A stretch of DNA of 64,000 nt from Bacteroidota bacterium (GCA_031417635.1 JANOVY010000078.1:16795-80794); one strand, 5' to 3'; positions 1 to 11,097 are shown, numbered from the stretch's first letter. Made by a program: numbers and translations. The notes: a model not told the origin generated them from the sequence alone.

Positions 1-559
1 GCATGTGGGTGAACAAACATTTTGGGATGTAATCAATACAACATCAAAACCGGTGATAGCCTCACATAGTAATGCCTATACTTTATGCCCTGTTCCCAGA
101 AACTTAAAAGATGAACAGATAAAAGCTATTGGAAAAAATGGTGGGGTTATTGATTTAAACTATTATGCCGGTTTTGTAGACAGTACTTTTCAAAACAAAG
201 AAATGAAATTCACTTTGCTGCATGCAAGAGAATTGGATTCATTAAAGAAAACCGGCGTACAGCAGGATTATGCGTTAACCATGATTTCAGAAAAATATGC
301 TTCTGAAGTGCAGGCATCCAGGCCACCATTAAGTAAGCTAATGGAACATCTTGATTATATCGTCAATTTAATTGGTGTAGACCATGTGGGATTGGGTTCT
401 GATTTTGATGGCATTACTACATCGCCACAACAATTAAATGATGTAACGAGTTATCTAACAATTACAAAAACATTATTGGAAAAAGGATATAGTAGTAAAG
501 AGGTTACAAAAATAATGGGCGGCAATATTTTGCGGGTATTGAAAGCAAATGAAAAATAG
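1..559 (+). CDS. Membrane dipeptidase (peptidase M19), 5'-truncated by the window edge
   Basis: M19 motifs SHSNA, RNLKDEQIKAI, HVGLGSDFDG, GGNILRV. Confidence 0.9.
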   Translation, partial: HVGEQTFWDVINTTSKPVIASHSNAYTLCPVPRNLKDEQIKAIGKNGGVIDLNYYAGFVDSTFQNKEMKFTLLHARELDSLKKTGVQQDYALTMISEKYASEVQASRPPLSKLMEHLDYIVNLIGVDHVGLGSDFDGITTSPQQLNDVTSYLTITKTLLEKGYSSKEVTKIMGGNILRVLKANEK

Positions 560-645
560 CGTTACAAGTAGCGAAAAGTAAAAGGTTAAATGATTGATTC
601 TTACTTTTCACGATTAATATCACAGAAATCTAATACATCATTAAC

Positions 646-2829
646 ATGAAAAAATTACTCCTCCTACTTTTTCTTCCATTGCAATTGCTTGCGCAGCCTT
701 TTACCAAAACGGAAATTAATCAATGGCAACAGCAGGCAAAAAATGTAACCATTATTAGGGACAACTGGGGTATTCCACATGTGTATGGAAAAACAGATGC
801 TGATGCCGTTTTTGGTTTATTATATGCCCAATGCGAAGACGATTTTAAACGAGTAGAGATGAATTATATTGAAAAGCTAGGCCGACTTTCTGAGATAAAT
901 GGCGAAAAAGATCTTTACAATGATTTATTAATAAGAATGATTATTGATTCAGCGGATGCCAAAAAAGATTATTCAGAAAGTCCTGCATGGCTTAAGAAAT
1001 TGTTGCAAGCCTATGCAGATGGCATCAATTATTATCTCTTTACACATCCTGCCATCAAACCTGCCTTGTTGAATCGTTTTGAACCTTGGTTTCCTTTGTT
1101 ATGGACTGATGGAAGCATTGGTGCCATTGATATTGCAGATGTAACAGTGAATGAATTGAAAAACTTTTATTCCGGCGGACCTACCATCAATGCAAAAGTT
1201 ATTTCAAAGGAATTTGGTCCATTGTCGGGCGGGTCGAATGGATTTGCGATTGCACCTGCTAAAACTGCTTCTGGCAATGCAATATTGTATATCAATCCGC
1301 ATGTAACATTTTATTTTCGTCCTGAAGTATCCATGCAAAGTGAAGAAGGTTTGCATGCATATGGTGCGGTAACTTGGGGTCAGTTCTTTATTTATCAAGG
1401 ATTCAATGAACATTGTGGTTGGATGCATACATCCAGTTATAGTGATGTAGCAGATTCGTATGTTGAAAAAGTAAACAAAAAGAATAACGGATTTGTGTAT
1501 GAATATGATGCTAAAGAAAAGCCTGTTACAGAAAAATTGATAACACTCAGCTACACGGTTAATGGTAAAATGCAAAGTAAAACCATTACTACCTATTACA
1601 CTCATCATGGCCCCGTAATGGCCAAAAGGCAAGGGAAATGGATTAGTGTAAAAGCCAATAATCGCTCTATTAAAGGAATTATTCAATCATGGGAACGAAC
1701 AAAAGCAAATGGCCTAGCTGAATTTACTAAGAGTATGGAACTATTAGCGAATACTTCAAACAATACTGTGTATGCAGATGATAAAGGAAACATTGTTTAT
1801 TGGCATGGTAATTTTATGCCTAAGCGAGATTCAAAACTAAACTGGTCTAAACCGGTAGATGGAAGTATAAAGTCCACAGAGTGGATGGGATTACATAGTT
1901 TAGAAGAATTGATTCAAGTTAAAAATCCTTCCACCGGTTGGATACAAAATTGCAATTCAACACCCTTCACTGTCTCCGGTATCAATAGTCCTAAAAAAGA
2001 GAACTTTCCGGTCTATATGGCTCCCAATGGAGAAAACTTTAGGGGTATTAATGCAGCTAAAATATTGAACAGCACTTCTCAGTATACCATTGACAAAATA
2101 ATAGCCAGTGGATACGATACACATCTTGCCGCATTTGATGAATTGTTGCCACCATTGATAAAAGCATTCGAAAGCAAAAAAAATGATCCCGCTTATTTAT
2201 CATTGACTGAACCTATGAAAGAGTTAGCTAATTGGGATAAGAATAGTGGTGAACTTTCTATAGCTACAACATTGGCCATTGAGTGGGGACAAAAACTATG
2301 GCCACTGATTCTTAAAGGATCGGGAGATCCGGAAGAGTCACCGGACCAAGTAGAAAAAACAAAAAAATTTGCAGCAAAAGCTGCTCACGAATTATTATTA
2401 AATACTTTAACCGGTACGATTACTGATCTAACAAATAAATTCGGCACTTGGAAAAAACCTTGGGGAGAGATTAACCGTTTTCAAAGATTGTCAGGTGAAC
2501 TAACAGAAAAGTATGATGATGCCAAACCAAGTATTCCCTCCGGTTTTGCAGCATCTACCTGGGGTAGTTTACCATCTTTTGTAAGCAGAACTTTTACAGA
2601 TACAAAATTACGTTATGGCAACAGTGGCAATAGTTTTATTTGTGCGGTAGAATTTGGAAAAAAAGTGATTGCGAAATCTTTATTGGCAGGTGGTGAAAGT
2701 GGGAATCCTACATCAAAGCATTTTCAAGACCAGGCAGAGATGTACACAAAGGGAAAGTTTAAAGAGGTTTTATTTTATAAAGAGGATGTGATGAAACATG
2801 TGGAGAGGAATTATCATCCCGGGGAATAA
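646..2829 (+). CDS. Penicillin acylase / acyl-homoserine-lactone acylase family Ntn-hydrolase, secreted
   Basis: Signal peptide; IIRDNWGIPHVY; beta-subunit N-terminal Ser in GG-SNGFAI; NPH motif; WIQNCNSTPF. Confidence 0.9.
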   Translation: MKKLLLLLFLPLQLLAQPFTKTEINQWQQQAKNVTIIRDNWGIPHVYGKTDADAVFGLLYAQCEDDFKRVEMNYIEKLGRLSEINGEKDLYNDLLIRMIIDSADAKKDYSESPAWLKKLLQAYADGINYYLFTHPAIKPALLNRFEPWFPLLWTDGSIGAIDIADVTVNELKNFYSGGPTINAKVISKEFGPLSGGSNGFAIAPAKTASGNAILYINPHVTFYFRPEVSMQSEEGLHAYGAVTWGQFFIYQGFNEHCGWMHTSSYSDVADSYVEKVNKKNNGFVYEYDAKEKPVTEKLITLSYTVNGKMQSKTITTYYTHHGPVMAKRQGKWISVKANNRSIKGIIQSWERTKANGLAEFTKSMELLANTSNNTVYADDKGNIVYWHGNFMPKRDSKLNWSKPVDGSIKSTEWMGLHSLEELIQVKNPSTGWIQNCNSTPFTVSGINSPKKENFPVYMAPNGENFRGINAAKILNSTSQYTIDKIIASGYDTHLAAFDELLPPLIKAFESKKNDPAYLSLTEPMKELANWDKNSGELSIATTLAIEWGQKLWPLILKGSGDPEESPDQVEKTKKFAAKAAHELLLNTLTGTITDLTNKFGTWKKPWGEINRFQRLSGELTEKYDDAKPSIPSGFAASTWGSLPSFVSRTFTDTKLRYGNSGNSFICAVEFGKKVIAKSLLAGGESGNPTSKHFQDQAEMYTKGKFKEVLFYKEDVMKHVERNYHPGE

Positions 2830-2928
2830 AAACGGGCGAATGTTGGTCGCCGAACACCTATGGTCAACTGACCAACAACTGCGTCAACGAACAACATCAC
2901 TCATTCATCATTCCTTGTTCAATATTAC

Positions 2929-4470
2929 CTACCCCGCCCATCCTTCTCTATCCAAACTTCGATAATGTATCGCTTCAGCCAAATGCTCCGGCTTAATATC
3001 TTCACTCGCCGCAAGATCAGCGATGGTGCGGCTTACCTTCAAAATGCGGTCATAAGCACGTGCACTCAAGTTTAATTTTTCCATCGCTTTTTTTAAAAGT
3101 GTTTCACCTACTGAACCTATCACACAAATCTCTCGCAATTGTTTACTACTCATTTGGGCATTGGCATATATGCCGGAATGTTCTATGTAACGTTTGGCTT
3201 GTATCTCTCTTGCCTTAATTACCCTTCCCCGAATAGCTGCTGAATTTTCACTTTGTTGCTGACTGCTTAATTCACTAAAAGCAACAGGGGTAACTTCTAC
3301 ATGCAGATCGATCCTGTCTAATAAGGGGCCGGATACTTTGTTCAAGTATTTCTGAACGGCTCCCGGCGGGCAGGTGCATTCTTTATCTGGGTGATTATAA
3401 TAGCCACAAGCGCAAGGATTCATAGAAGCAATCAACATAAAATTTGCGGGAAAATCCAAAGCCATTTTTGCTCGAGAAATGGTTACCCTTCTTTCTTCCA
3501 TGGGTTGCCGCATTACTTCTAAAACCGTTCTTTTGAATTCGGGCAATTCATCTAAAAATAATACCCCATTGTGTGCCAAAGAAATTTCGCCGGGTTGTGG
3601 GGTACTGCCACCACCTACCAATGCCACATCAGAAATCGTATGGTGCGGAGATCGGAATGGACGTTTACTAATTAAAGCACTGTGTTCGGGTAGTTTGCCG
3701 GCAACACTATGAATCTTTGTTGTTTCCAGCGCTTCCTGTAAACTTAATGGTGGCAGTATTGTTGGCAAACGCTTTGCCAGCATGGTTTTACCGGCACCCG
3801 GTGGGCCTATTAATATAGCATTGTGGCCACCGGCAGCGGCAATTTCCATAGCACGTTTAATGTTTTCCTGTCCTTTTACTTCGTTGAAATCAATATCAAA
3901 AGAATATTGATCACTAAAAAACTCTTCTCTCGTATTTACCACAACAGGTTCTAACACATTGGCATCAGAAAAAAAGTTAACTACTTCATTCAAATGCAAT
4001 ACCCCATATACTTCAAGGTTACTAACCATCCCGGCTTCCCGGGCATTGGCAAGTGGAACAATCAATCCTTTAAAGCCTTCTTTGCGTGCCTGAATGGCAA
4101 TGGGCAATGCCCCTTTGATGGATTGTATATTGCCATCCAGACTAAGTTCTCCCATAATTACAAAATTTTTTAATCGTTCAGGTTCTTGTAATTGTTCGCT
4201 AGCACCTAAAATACCAATAGCAATGGGCAGATCAAATGCAGAACCCGTTTTTCGAATATCTGCCGGTGCCAGATTCACAACTATTTTTGTCCGGGGCATG
4301 TAATAGTTATTCGTCTTGATAGCACTTTCTGTTCGTTCTAAACTTTCTCGTACTGCATTATCGGGTAATCCCACAATGGTATATTTCTGTCCCATACTAA
4401 CATTTACTTCAATGGTAATATTGATGGCTTCCACACCAAAAACGGCGCTACCGAAAGTTTTTACAAGCAT
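2929..4470 (-). CDS. comM: YifB/ComM Mg-chelatase-like AAA+ ATPase
   Basis: VNLAPADIRKTGSAFDLPIA, GPPGAGKT, RPFRSPHH, FLDELPEF, SGPLLDRID; start moved to MLVKTF at 4470. Confidence 0.9.
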   Translation of the reverse strand: MLVKTFGSAVFGVEAINITIEVNVSMGQKYTIVGLPDNAVRESLERTESAIKTNNYYMPRTKIVVNLAPADIRKTGSAFDLPIAIGILGASEQLQEPERLKNFVIMGELSLDGNIQSIKGALPIAIQARKEGFKGLIVPLANAREAGMVSNLEVYGVLHLNEVVNFFSDANVLEPVVVNTREEFFSDQYSFDIDFNEVKGQENIKRAMEIAAAGGHNAILIGPPGAGKTMLAKRLPTILPPLSLQEALETTKIHSVAGKLPEHSALISKRPFRSPHHTISDVALVGGGSTPQPGEISLAHNGVLFLDELPEFKRTVLEVMRQPMEERRVTISRAKMALDFPANFMLIASMNPCACGYYNHPDKECTCPPGAVQKYLNKVSGPLLDRIDLHVEVTPVAFSELSSQQQSENSAAIRGRVIKAREIQAKRYIEHSGIYANAQMSSKQLREICVIGSVGETLLKKAMEKLNLSARAYDRILKVSRTIADLAASEDIKPEHLAEAIHYRSLDREGWAG

Positions 4471-4644
4471 AGAATACAAGTTTGCATGAGCGCAAAAATG
4501 CATGTGAAGACAGAACTCATGTAAAATTTACATGAAATAAAATGTTGTCACTTGCACAAGGAGAAAGGTACTTGTATGGAAGAAGAAAGAATAGCGTATT
4601 AATACCTAATCTTAGTGATTGAAATGTTCAGAATGTTCAAACGC

Positions 4645-5409
4645 TTAATTCCATTGAATAGCAAAATATAAACAAGGTGTATTGCCTATATTGGTTATGT
4701 TATGCAGTATCATAGATTCTAAGAAAACCACATCACCCGGATTGCATTTTTGATGGTCGGAGCCTAATTGCATTTCGCCATTGCCGTCTAGCATTAAAAT
4801 GATCTCTTCATTTTTATGGGTATGGGGTTCATGACTTTTAAGACCCATATTTAATTGTGTTACATGAATATCAAAACGATTGAGCATTGTAGTTTGGCGA
4901 TCGAAAAATTGTCGAACCCCACCTCTATCATGCGGTTTGAAAGTAACAGTATTCCAATCAATCATAAAAGAGCCACCCGCTTTTCTACCTCTTTCATCAT
5001 TTGTAGGCGCAATGGATTGAGAATTGAATTCATAAAAACTAGCATCAGAAGTTCCTATATTTTCAATCATCACTAGATCCCCGGGAAGAACTGAGGCCAC
5101 AGAACCCCTATTCAATATAGCTGAACTATCATTGATGGTTATTTTAAGTGGTCCGTTTTTCACGATAAAGAATCTTTCCAATGCATCTTTCTTATAATTG
5201 GCAGTTTTTCCTTTTAATAAAATAATCCCTTTTATTTCATGTTTAGCAAGTATACTTCCGGAACCGGAAAATATAAGCCTACTGCTACCGGTATTAGATA
5301 TTGCGACTTTACTATTGTTCCAACTATACACTTTGGATACCAAGGGTTGTGCAAACGAAATGGTAGAAAGGAGAAGTGCAAAAGATAAAAAGGCTACATT
5401 ATATTTCAT
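4645..5409 (-). CDS. Secreted bicupin-domain protein
   Basis: Signal peptide; C-terminal cupin motif HEPHTHKNEEIILML...GDVVF...HNITN. Confidence 0.75.
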   Translation of the reverse strand: MKYNVAFLSFALLLSTISFAQPLVSKVYSWNNSKVAISNTGSSRLIFSGSGSILAKHEIKGIILLKGKTANYKKDALERFFIVKNGPLKITINDSSAILNRGSVASVLPGDLVMIENIGTSDASFYEFNSQSIAPTNDERGRKAGGSFMIDWNTVTFKPHDRGGVRQFFDRQTTMLNRFDIHVTQLNMGLKSHEPHTHKNEEIILMLDGNGEMQLGSDHQKCNPGDVVFLESMILHNITNIGNTPCLYFAIQWN

Positions 5410-5412
5410 ATT

Positions 5413-6603
5413 CTATTTTTTATAAGTGGTTGTATTGGGATGAAAATATTGCCATGAATGCCAAAATTCCTGGTAAGCCTGCGGATGTAACAATTGGCTG
5501 CCTTGATAAATTCCAGCAATACAATTACCATTCAATTTCCATATTGAATGTGTTTTAGTATCTTCCATTACCTCTTTTGTTGAACCCCTTACAAATTGCA
5601 AAGATTCTCCATTAAAAGTTCGATTAGATACATAAAAAGTTTTTTCATTGGGCTCAATGGTTATTAATAATGGGGTACCATCTAACGAATCATGAATTAT
5701 TTTTTCTTTTATGAGGTCGTTCCAATCATAAGCCTTGCTTTTACCTCTTATATGGATGCCTACCACCCATGATTTTGGTTGCCAAGATAATGAGTCACGA
5801 TGTTCCAATTTCCCTTTGATCGTACCCATATCATATCCTTTCAAGTCTGCATATTGTTTGGTAAAGGAAGTATCGGGCTGTAAAATCTTTGTTTTGGGAT
5901 AAAGGGCAAGCCAATCACCTAATCGCATTTGTTTGGAGGGATATTCTGGTAATTGTTTTCCTTTTTGTTTACCTGCAATAGCAATTCCTGTTGCTTGTTG
6001 CCACCAACTTTTTGTGCTTGCATCTTCAAACATAGCATTAAAATGGTCCATGCCCACTAATCTAAATTCCTCTTTTACTCCGTCAACATAAGGTTTCAAT
6101 ACTCTACCGGTTCTACAAACAGTACAATAAGTAATGATGATAGATTCTTTGTCAATCGTATCTTGTACTTGGTGGTGGTAGCCTATGATTTCAATCGGAT
6201 AGGCCCTAGCTTCTTTATTGGTAGCAATTCCAATGATTAATTTATCTCGATTCGTTGTATCATTTTCAGCAGAAATATATTTCGTTTGTTTGGGTTGATA
6301 AAACATTTTATCGGCCAGGAAACGAAAATTAAAGAAGTAAATGATGATCGCATAGGCAATGAATATCAAAACGAGTAGTATTTTTTGCCAGACCCTACCA
6401 TTCACAATAAAATGTAGAAATGGACTCACAGTGATAGTAATTCCCAAAATCCGTAACCACCAGATATGATTATTTAAAAAATAGGCAAACCAAACGGAAT
6501 CCAGTTTTTGGCTTCCCGGAAATGGCATGATGAAATATACTTTTGCTATTTCAAGTATCAATAAAAATAATATTCCTCCAATTAGGAACCCTGTCTTTCT
6601 CAT
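5413..6603 (-). CDS. DUF3179-family protein
   Basis: RAYP...HHQVQD, ITYCTVCRTG, FEDASTKSWWQQATG; two N-terminal TM segments. Confidence 0.75.
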   Translation of the reverse strand: MRKTGFLIGGILFLLILEIAKVYFIMPFPGSQKLDSVWFAYFLNNHIWWLRILGITITVSPFLHFIVNGRVWQKILLVLIFIAYAIIIYFFNFRFLADKMFYQPKQTKYISAENDTTNRDKLIIGIATNKEARAYPIEIIGYHHQVQDTIDKESIIITYCTVCRTGRVLKPYVDGVKEEFRLVGMDHFNAMFEDASTKSWWQQATGIAIAGKQKGKQLPEYPSKQMRLGDWLALYPKTKILQPDTSFTKQYADLKGYDMGTIKGKLEHRDSLSWQPKSWVVGIHIRGKSKAYDWNDLIKEKIIHDSLDGTPLLITIEPNEKTFYVSNRTFNGESLQFVRGSTKEVMEDTKTHSIWKLNGNCIAGIYQGSQLLHPQAYQEFWHSWQYFHPNTTTYKK

Positions 6604-6771
6604 GTTAATATGGTATTATAACTTTTGTGTTAAAATTATTATTATGCTAATTTATCTACTAAATTGATAGCGAGAGGAAATTTTTTGTAAGCAAGTTTAT
6701 TTTTATAAAAACGCTTGTAGTGCTAGATCAACATCAGTTATCTAGTGGAAAGGAGTAACAATAAAATTGAA

Positions 6772-8085
6772 CTATAGATTTTCTAAAAGCGAAACAACCC
6801 CCTCTTTTCTTAATATCAGGTAGCCTAGCCTATCATTGCTGATTCCTTTTTTTAATTGATAGCTGAATAAAAGTTGGTCATCTTTTACTTCGGTTTCGAA
6901 ATAATGAAATTGAATGTTTTCATATTTTTTAAGTTCATCCCCAATTTCATAAAGGTGGGTGGATAACACAAATAGTGCGTTCTTCATTTTTCGCAAACCC
7001 TCAATCACTGTAATGCTGCACTTTACGGCATCCTGTTGGTTGGTGCCTTTAAATAATTCATCAATCAATATTAACCAGTTTTTTCCATCACTTATTTTTT
7101 CTATGGTGTTTTTAATCCGTTGTACTTCATTAAAGAAAAAACTTTCGCCTTTTGCAATATTATCTACTACTTGAATATTACTCAATAATCCATCAAAAAA
7201 GCTTAACTGCATTTCTTTGGCCGGTACACCCATTCCTACATGTGATAAGTAAACAGATATGCCTACAGCCTTAATAAATGTGCTCTTCCCGGCCATATTA
7301 GCTCCGGTTAAAAAAAGAAAATTTTTATTTACTACAAGCGATAGGTCGCATGAAACAGGTTTCTGTAGTAATAAATGATATAAGCCTGTTGCGGAAACGT
7401 AGGGTTCTACAGTTTTTTTTATTTCTGGGAAGGAATACGAAAACTTTTTACAGGCAACTGCCAAACTCATGTAGGCATCCAGTTTGCTGTAAATGTCTAT
7501 TAACTCGATAGTTGCATTTTTATAGTGTTTTAAAATAAAGCCCCCGTAAATTAATACATCTACAGAGTTCAAATTTTTCTTTTCTTCCTTTATCAGTTGC
7601 TGAATAGTGGGTTTATTCAACAGCATTGAAACACGACTTATTAGCGTAGCCAATTTATTGCTAAGTCCTTTTTCATTTAATAGATCTACTATTTGCTGTA
7701 AACCTTTTGTAAAATCAAAAATATGTTCTACTGAAAATCGAACCAATGAGAAATCATGTTTATGAATTAATTTATAGAAGTAGCTATTGATTATGTTGGG
7801 TTGTTGAGAAAAACCATCAATTTGAGACTCATAAAACTTCTCAACCATCATGATGGTTCCATTTAATATGGTGGTTGGCCATACATCGGCTATCTCCATT
7901 AATTGTCTGATGGTTTGCTGCGTATCCAGAATTTCTTTAACAGAATCCAACGGATTACCCAATATTCGCTTTAGGTACTCTCTTCCATCATTTGTTTGTG
8001 TGAAATTAAGATGATGAAAGACCGATTGCTCTTCTTCACTATGAAAAATGGAAAGATCGGAGAGGGTGGTCTTGTCTACTTGCAT
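6772..8085 (-). CDS. Stand-alone MutS-related ATPase (MutS domain V)
   Basis: TGANMAGKST, ESFFFNEV, LIDELFKGTN, STH. Confidence 0.85.
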   Translation of the reverse strand: MQVDKTTLSDLSIFHSEEEQSVFHHLNFTQTNDGREYLKRILGNPLDSVKEILDTQQTIRQLMEIADVWPTTILNGTIMMVEKFYESQIDGFSQQPNIINSYFYKLIHKHDFSLVRFSVEHIFDFTKGLQQIVDLLNEKGLSNKLATLISRVSMLLNKPTIQQLIKEEKKNLNSVDVLIYGGFILKHYKNATIELIDIYSKLDAYMSLAVACKKFSYSFPEIKKTVEPYVSATGLYHLLLQKPVSCDLSLVVNKNFLFLTGANMAGKSTFIKAVGISVYLSHVGMGVPAKEMQLSFFDGLLSNIQVVDNIAKGESFFFNEVQRIKNTIEKISDGKNWLILIDELFKGTNQQDAVKCSITVIEGLRKMKNALFVLSTHLYEIGDELKKYENIQFHYFETEVKDDQLLFSYQLKKGISNDRLGYLILRKEGVVSLLENL

Positions 8086-8093
8086 TTAATTAG

Positions 8094-8178
8094 TTTGTGG
8101 TTTGTGGTTTGTGGTTTGTGGTTGAATGGGTCATGTATTTTTTACAACTTCAGACCACAAACCACAGACTACAAACCA
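8094..8178. repeat. 7-bp-periodic palindromic element: (TTTGTGG)4 ... CCACAAA/CCACAGA/CTACAAA
   Basis: Read directly from the sequence between the pyrC stop and the mutS-like start. Confidence 0.9.
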
Positions 8179-8180
8179 GC

Positions 8181-9521
8181 TCATCTTTCAAATCCCATTC
8201 TCATTCCCATCTGAGATTCATCAAACACCCCATTTCCATAAGCGAGATGTCCATTTATAAAAGTATGGGTGATGGAAGCGGGAAAAGTAAAGCCTTCCAA
8301 TGGGCTCCAGCCACATTTGTAGAGGATATTTTCTTTGCTAACAGTATTCGATTGATTCAAGTTGGTTAATACAAGATCTGCAAAATAGCCTTCTCTGATA
8401 TAGCCTCTTTCTTTGATCTGGAAGCAAGTAGCCACTGCATGACTCATTTTTTCAACCACTTTTTCTATACTTATTTTTCCTTCTTTTACATAATACAACA
8501 TCAATTGTAGAGGATGTTGAACAAGCGGTAGTCCGGCATGGGCATGTTCATAATCTTCTTGCTTTTCTTCCCAGGTATGCGGGGCATGGTCTGTGGCTAT
8601 CACATCTAACCTGTCATCTAATAAACCACGCCATAAAGCGTCTCTGTTTTCAGGTGCTTTAATAGCCGGGTTACATTTGATTAGGTTTCCTAGTTTTGAA
8701 TAATCATCACTGGTAAAATGTAAATGATGTACACAAACTTCAGCAGTAATTCGTTTTTCGGCCAACGGAATCATATTCGTGAATAACTGTAATTCTTTTG
8801 CAGTACTAATATGTAAAATGTGTAAACGGCTATTGTATTTCTTTGCAAATTGAATGGCAAGAAAAGAAGATTCAAAACAAGCTTCTTCATTGCGAATGAT
8901 GGGATGATCGGAGGGTTCCAATTTTCCTTTCCTGCTTTTAAGTTGTTGAAGATTGGTTTTAATAATACTTTCTACCTCACAATGGGTCGCAATCAATAAT
9001 TCACTACCTGCAAATACTTTATCCAGTGTTAAAGGGTTATCGACTAGTAGATTTCCGGTAGAAGAACCCATGAATATTTTAATACCACAGATATCATTTT
9101 TCTTATCATTCGTTCTTAGAACTTCTTCAACATTTTCATTTGAAGTACCCATAAAAAAAGAGTAGTTGGCCAATGAAGTATTCTTGGCTATTTCATACTT
9201 TTCTTCTAACAAACTTTGAGTGAATGCCGGTGGCTTAGTATTGGGCATTTCCATAAAACTAGTCACCCCACCGGCTACTGCAGCCTTTGATTCAGTGTAG
9301 ATAGTTGCTTTATGCGTTAATCCGGGTTCACGAAAATGAACTTGATCATCAATTACTCCGGGAAGCAAGCAAAGGCCTTCACCATTAATTTCATTGCAAT
9401 TTTCTTTGGTACTAATGTGTGCAGCTATTTTTTCAATTCGCCCTTTTTTTATCAGCAAATCACTAAATATCTTTTCGCCCTCATTAATGATACAGGTGTC
9501 TTTTATGATATATGATTTCAT
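8181..9521 (-). CDS. pyrC: Dihydroorotase
   Basis: PGVIDDQVHFREPG, EMPNT, IKIFMGSS, HILHIST, KCNPAIK, ATDHAPH. Confidence 0.9.
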   Translation of the reverse strand: MKSYIIKDTCIINEGEKIFSDLLIKKGRIEKIAAHISTKENCNEINGEGLCLLPGVIDDQVHFREPGLTHKATIYTESKAAVAGGVTSFMEMPNTKPPAFTQSLLEEKYEIAKNTSLANYSFFMGTSNENVEEVLRTNDKKNDICGIKIFMGSSTGNLLVDNPLTLDKVFAGSELLIATHCEVESIIKTNLQQLKSRKGKLEPSDHPIIRNEEACFESSFLAIQFAKKYNSRLHILHISTAKELQLFTNMIPLAEKRITAEVCVHHLHFTSDDYSKLGNLIKCNPAIKAPENRDALWRGLLDDRLDVIATDHAPHTWEEKQEDYEHAHAGLPLVQHPLQLMLYYVKEGKISIEKVVEKMSHAVATCFQIKERGYIREGYFADLVLTNLNQSNTVSKENILYKCGWSPLEGFTFPASITHTFINGHLAYGNGVFDESQMGMRMGFER

Positions 9522-9658
9522 ATACAATCGATTTTTAATTGGCTATTTATTGTGCAATTTATTAAATTCATCAATACAGTCTTGTTGAAAGAAATTGAAA
9601 AGTATATATGCCACTGAATAATCCTTCACGGTTCACGCGTAACTTCTACCGACCAACA

Positions 9659-10381
9659 TCAATCTTCAAAATGAATTGAAAACACGATCATTCGAGAAAG
9701 TATTTGATCAATCGTATTTGAGTATTTAAGGGTAGGATCGAGCTGGTGTATATTGGTAAGTCCATTACTAATTTTTATTTCCGGGGAAATGGTAACGAAT
9801 GGCAAGTAAAAATTAAATCCCATACCCAATTCAATACCAAAATCATAACGTTTCAACTTAATCAAGTCATCCACATTTCTGGCAGATGAATTACTAGCTA
9901 GATCTGTATCAAACTTTATTCCTGCTAATAAGTAGGTTCTGAAATTATCAATTCTGTCTGAATTGAATTTAATTTGCAAGGGTAAGCTAACCAAGGTAGA
10001 GGGTAATATTTGTTTTTGAATGATGGACTCACCGGGTTTGGGTTTGCCCAAGGTAAAATCAATGTATTTTGCACCTCCAATAATCAACTGAGGGTTTATT
10101 CTAACCTGAAAATGATCAGTTAATCGGGCTGTGGCCATCAAGCCCATGGCAATACCCCCGCTAAAACCTGCTTCTGCAGACATGATAGTGTCTGATTGTA
10201 GAAATAAGGGAGATTTAGAAATATGTAAATAAGAAGAATTGTACCCTAACGTGAGACCAAAATAATACACGAGATCATCATGGTTACGGCGATAGAGTTC
10301 CTTTTGTGCAGCAATTTGTGTGGCACAAAGGAAAAAAAAAATGATGAGCAGAACTACTTGCTTCCGCAGTAAATAGTACAT
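9659..10381 (-). CDS. porT: PorT/SprT-family outer-membrane beta-barrel (type IX secretion)
   Basis: Signal peptide, amphipathic beta strands, SPEIKISNGLTN, C-terminal SIHFED; overlaps the ubiE 3' end, as is common in Bacteroidota. Confidence 0.7.
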   Translation of the reverse strand: MYYLLRKQVVLLIIFFFLCATQIAAQKELYRRNHDDLVYYFGLTLGYNSSYLHISKSPLFLQSDTIMSAEAGFSGGIAMGLMATARLTDHFQVRINPQLIIGGAKYIDFTLGKPKPGESIIQKQILPSTLVSLPLQIKFNSDRIDNFRTYLLAGIKFDTDLASNSSARNVDDLIKLKRYDFGIELGMGFNFYLPFVTISPEIKISNGLTNIHQLDPTLKYSNTIDQILSRMIVFSIHFED

Positions 10382-11097
10382 ATTCCAAAACTAAGTTTTA
10401 TTAAATAAGTTTGGGTAAATCCTGCTTCATGCATAATGGTTAAAAAATTTTCACCTTCCGGGAAGGCTTGAACACTATCGTTGAGGTATTGGTAAGCGGC
10501 TTTGTTTTTTGAAAACAATTTTCCAAAACCCGGGGCAATTGAATTCATATAAAAATTGTATACACTTCTAAATATCGGTTGTGTTGGTTTTGAAAATTCT
10601 AGAACAACCATTTTCCCACCCGGTTCTAACACCCGATACATTTCTTTTAGACCCTTTTCCAGGTTTTGAAAATTTCGAACACCAAATGCCACAGTGATTG
10701 CCTCAAAATTATTATCTGCAAAATTAATAACCTCGCTATCTCCATTTTGCAATTCGATAACATTGCCCAGTTGAAGCTTTTCAATTTTCTTCCTGCCAAA
10801 TTCCAACATCCCATCAGAAATGTCAATTCCGATAATTTTTTCAGGTTTCAGTAATTGGTAAGTCATAATGGCTACATCCCCCGTTCCAGTAGCCACGTCC
10901 AATACTTTTTTTGGAGATATTACCGTTAACTGCTGGATGGCTTTTTTTCTCCATAAAACATCGATACCTACACTTAAAAAACGATTTAGAAAATCATAAC
11001 GGTAGGCGATACTGTTAAACATATCTGCGACCTGCTCTTTTTTACCCAATTCGCTATGTTGGTAAGGCACTACTTCATCATGTGCATATTTCGCCAT
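10354..11097 (-). CDS. ubiE: Demethylmenaquinone/ubiquinone methyltransferase
   Basis: MFNSIAYRYDFLN, LDVATGTGD, AFGVRN, AYQYLNDSV. Confidence 0.93.
   Translation of the reverse strand: MAKYAHDEVVPYQHSELGKKEQVADMFNSIAYRYDFLNRFLSVGIDVLWRKKAIQQLTVISPKKVLDVATGTGDVAIMTYQLLKPEKIIGIDISDGMLEFGRKKIEKLQLGNVIELQNGDSEVINFADNNFEAITVAFGVRNFQNLEKGLKEMYRVLEPGGKMVVLEFSKPTQPIFRSVYNFYMNSIAPGFGKLFSKNKAAYQYLNDSVQAFPEGENFLTIMHEAGFTQTYLIKLSFGICTIYCGSK

Noticed and set aside
2841-2877. TGTTGGTC...GACCAACA hairpin as a mobile element
   Set aside because: Only 8-bp arms and one partial second copy (~9650); most simply a terminator or degenerate REP between convergent genes
8097-8369. 90-aa and 72-aa ORFs over the TTTGTGG element
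   Set aside because: Derived from the repeat and antisense to pyrC/mutS-like genes
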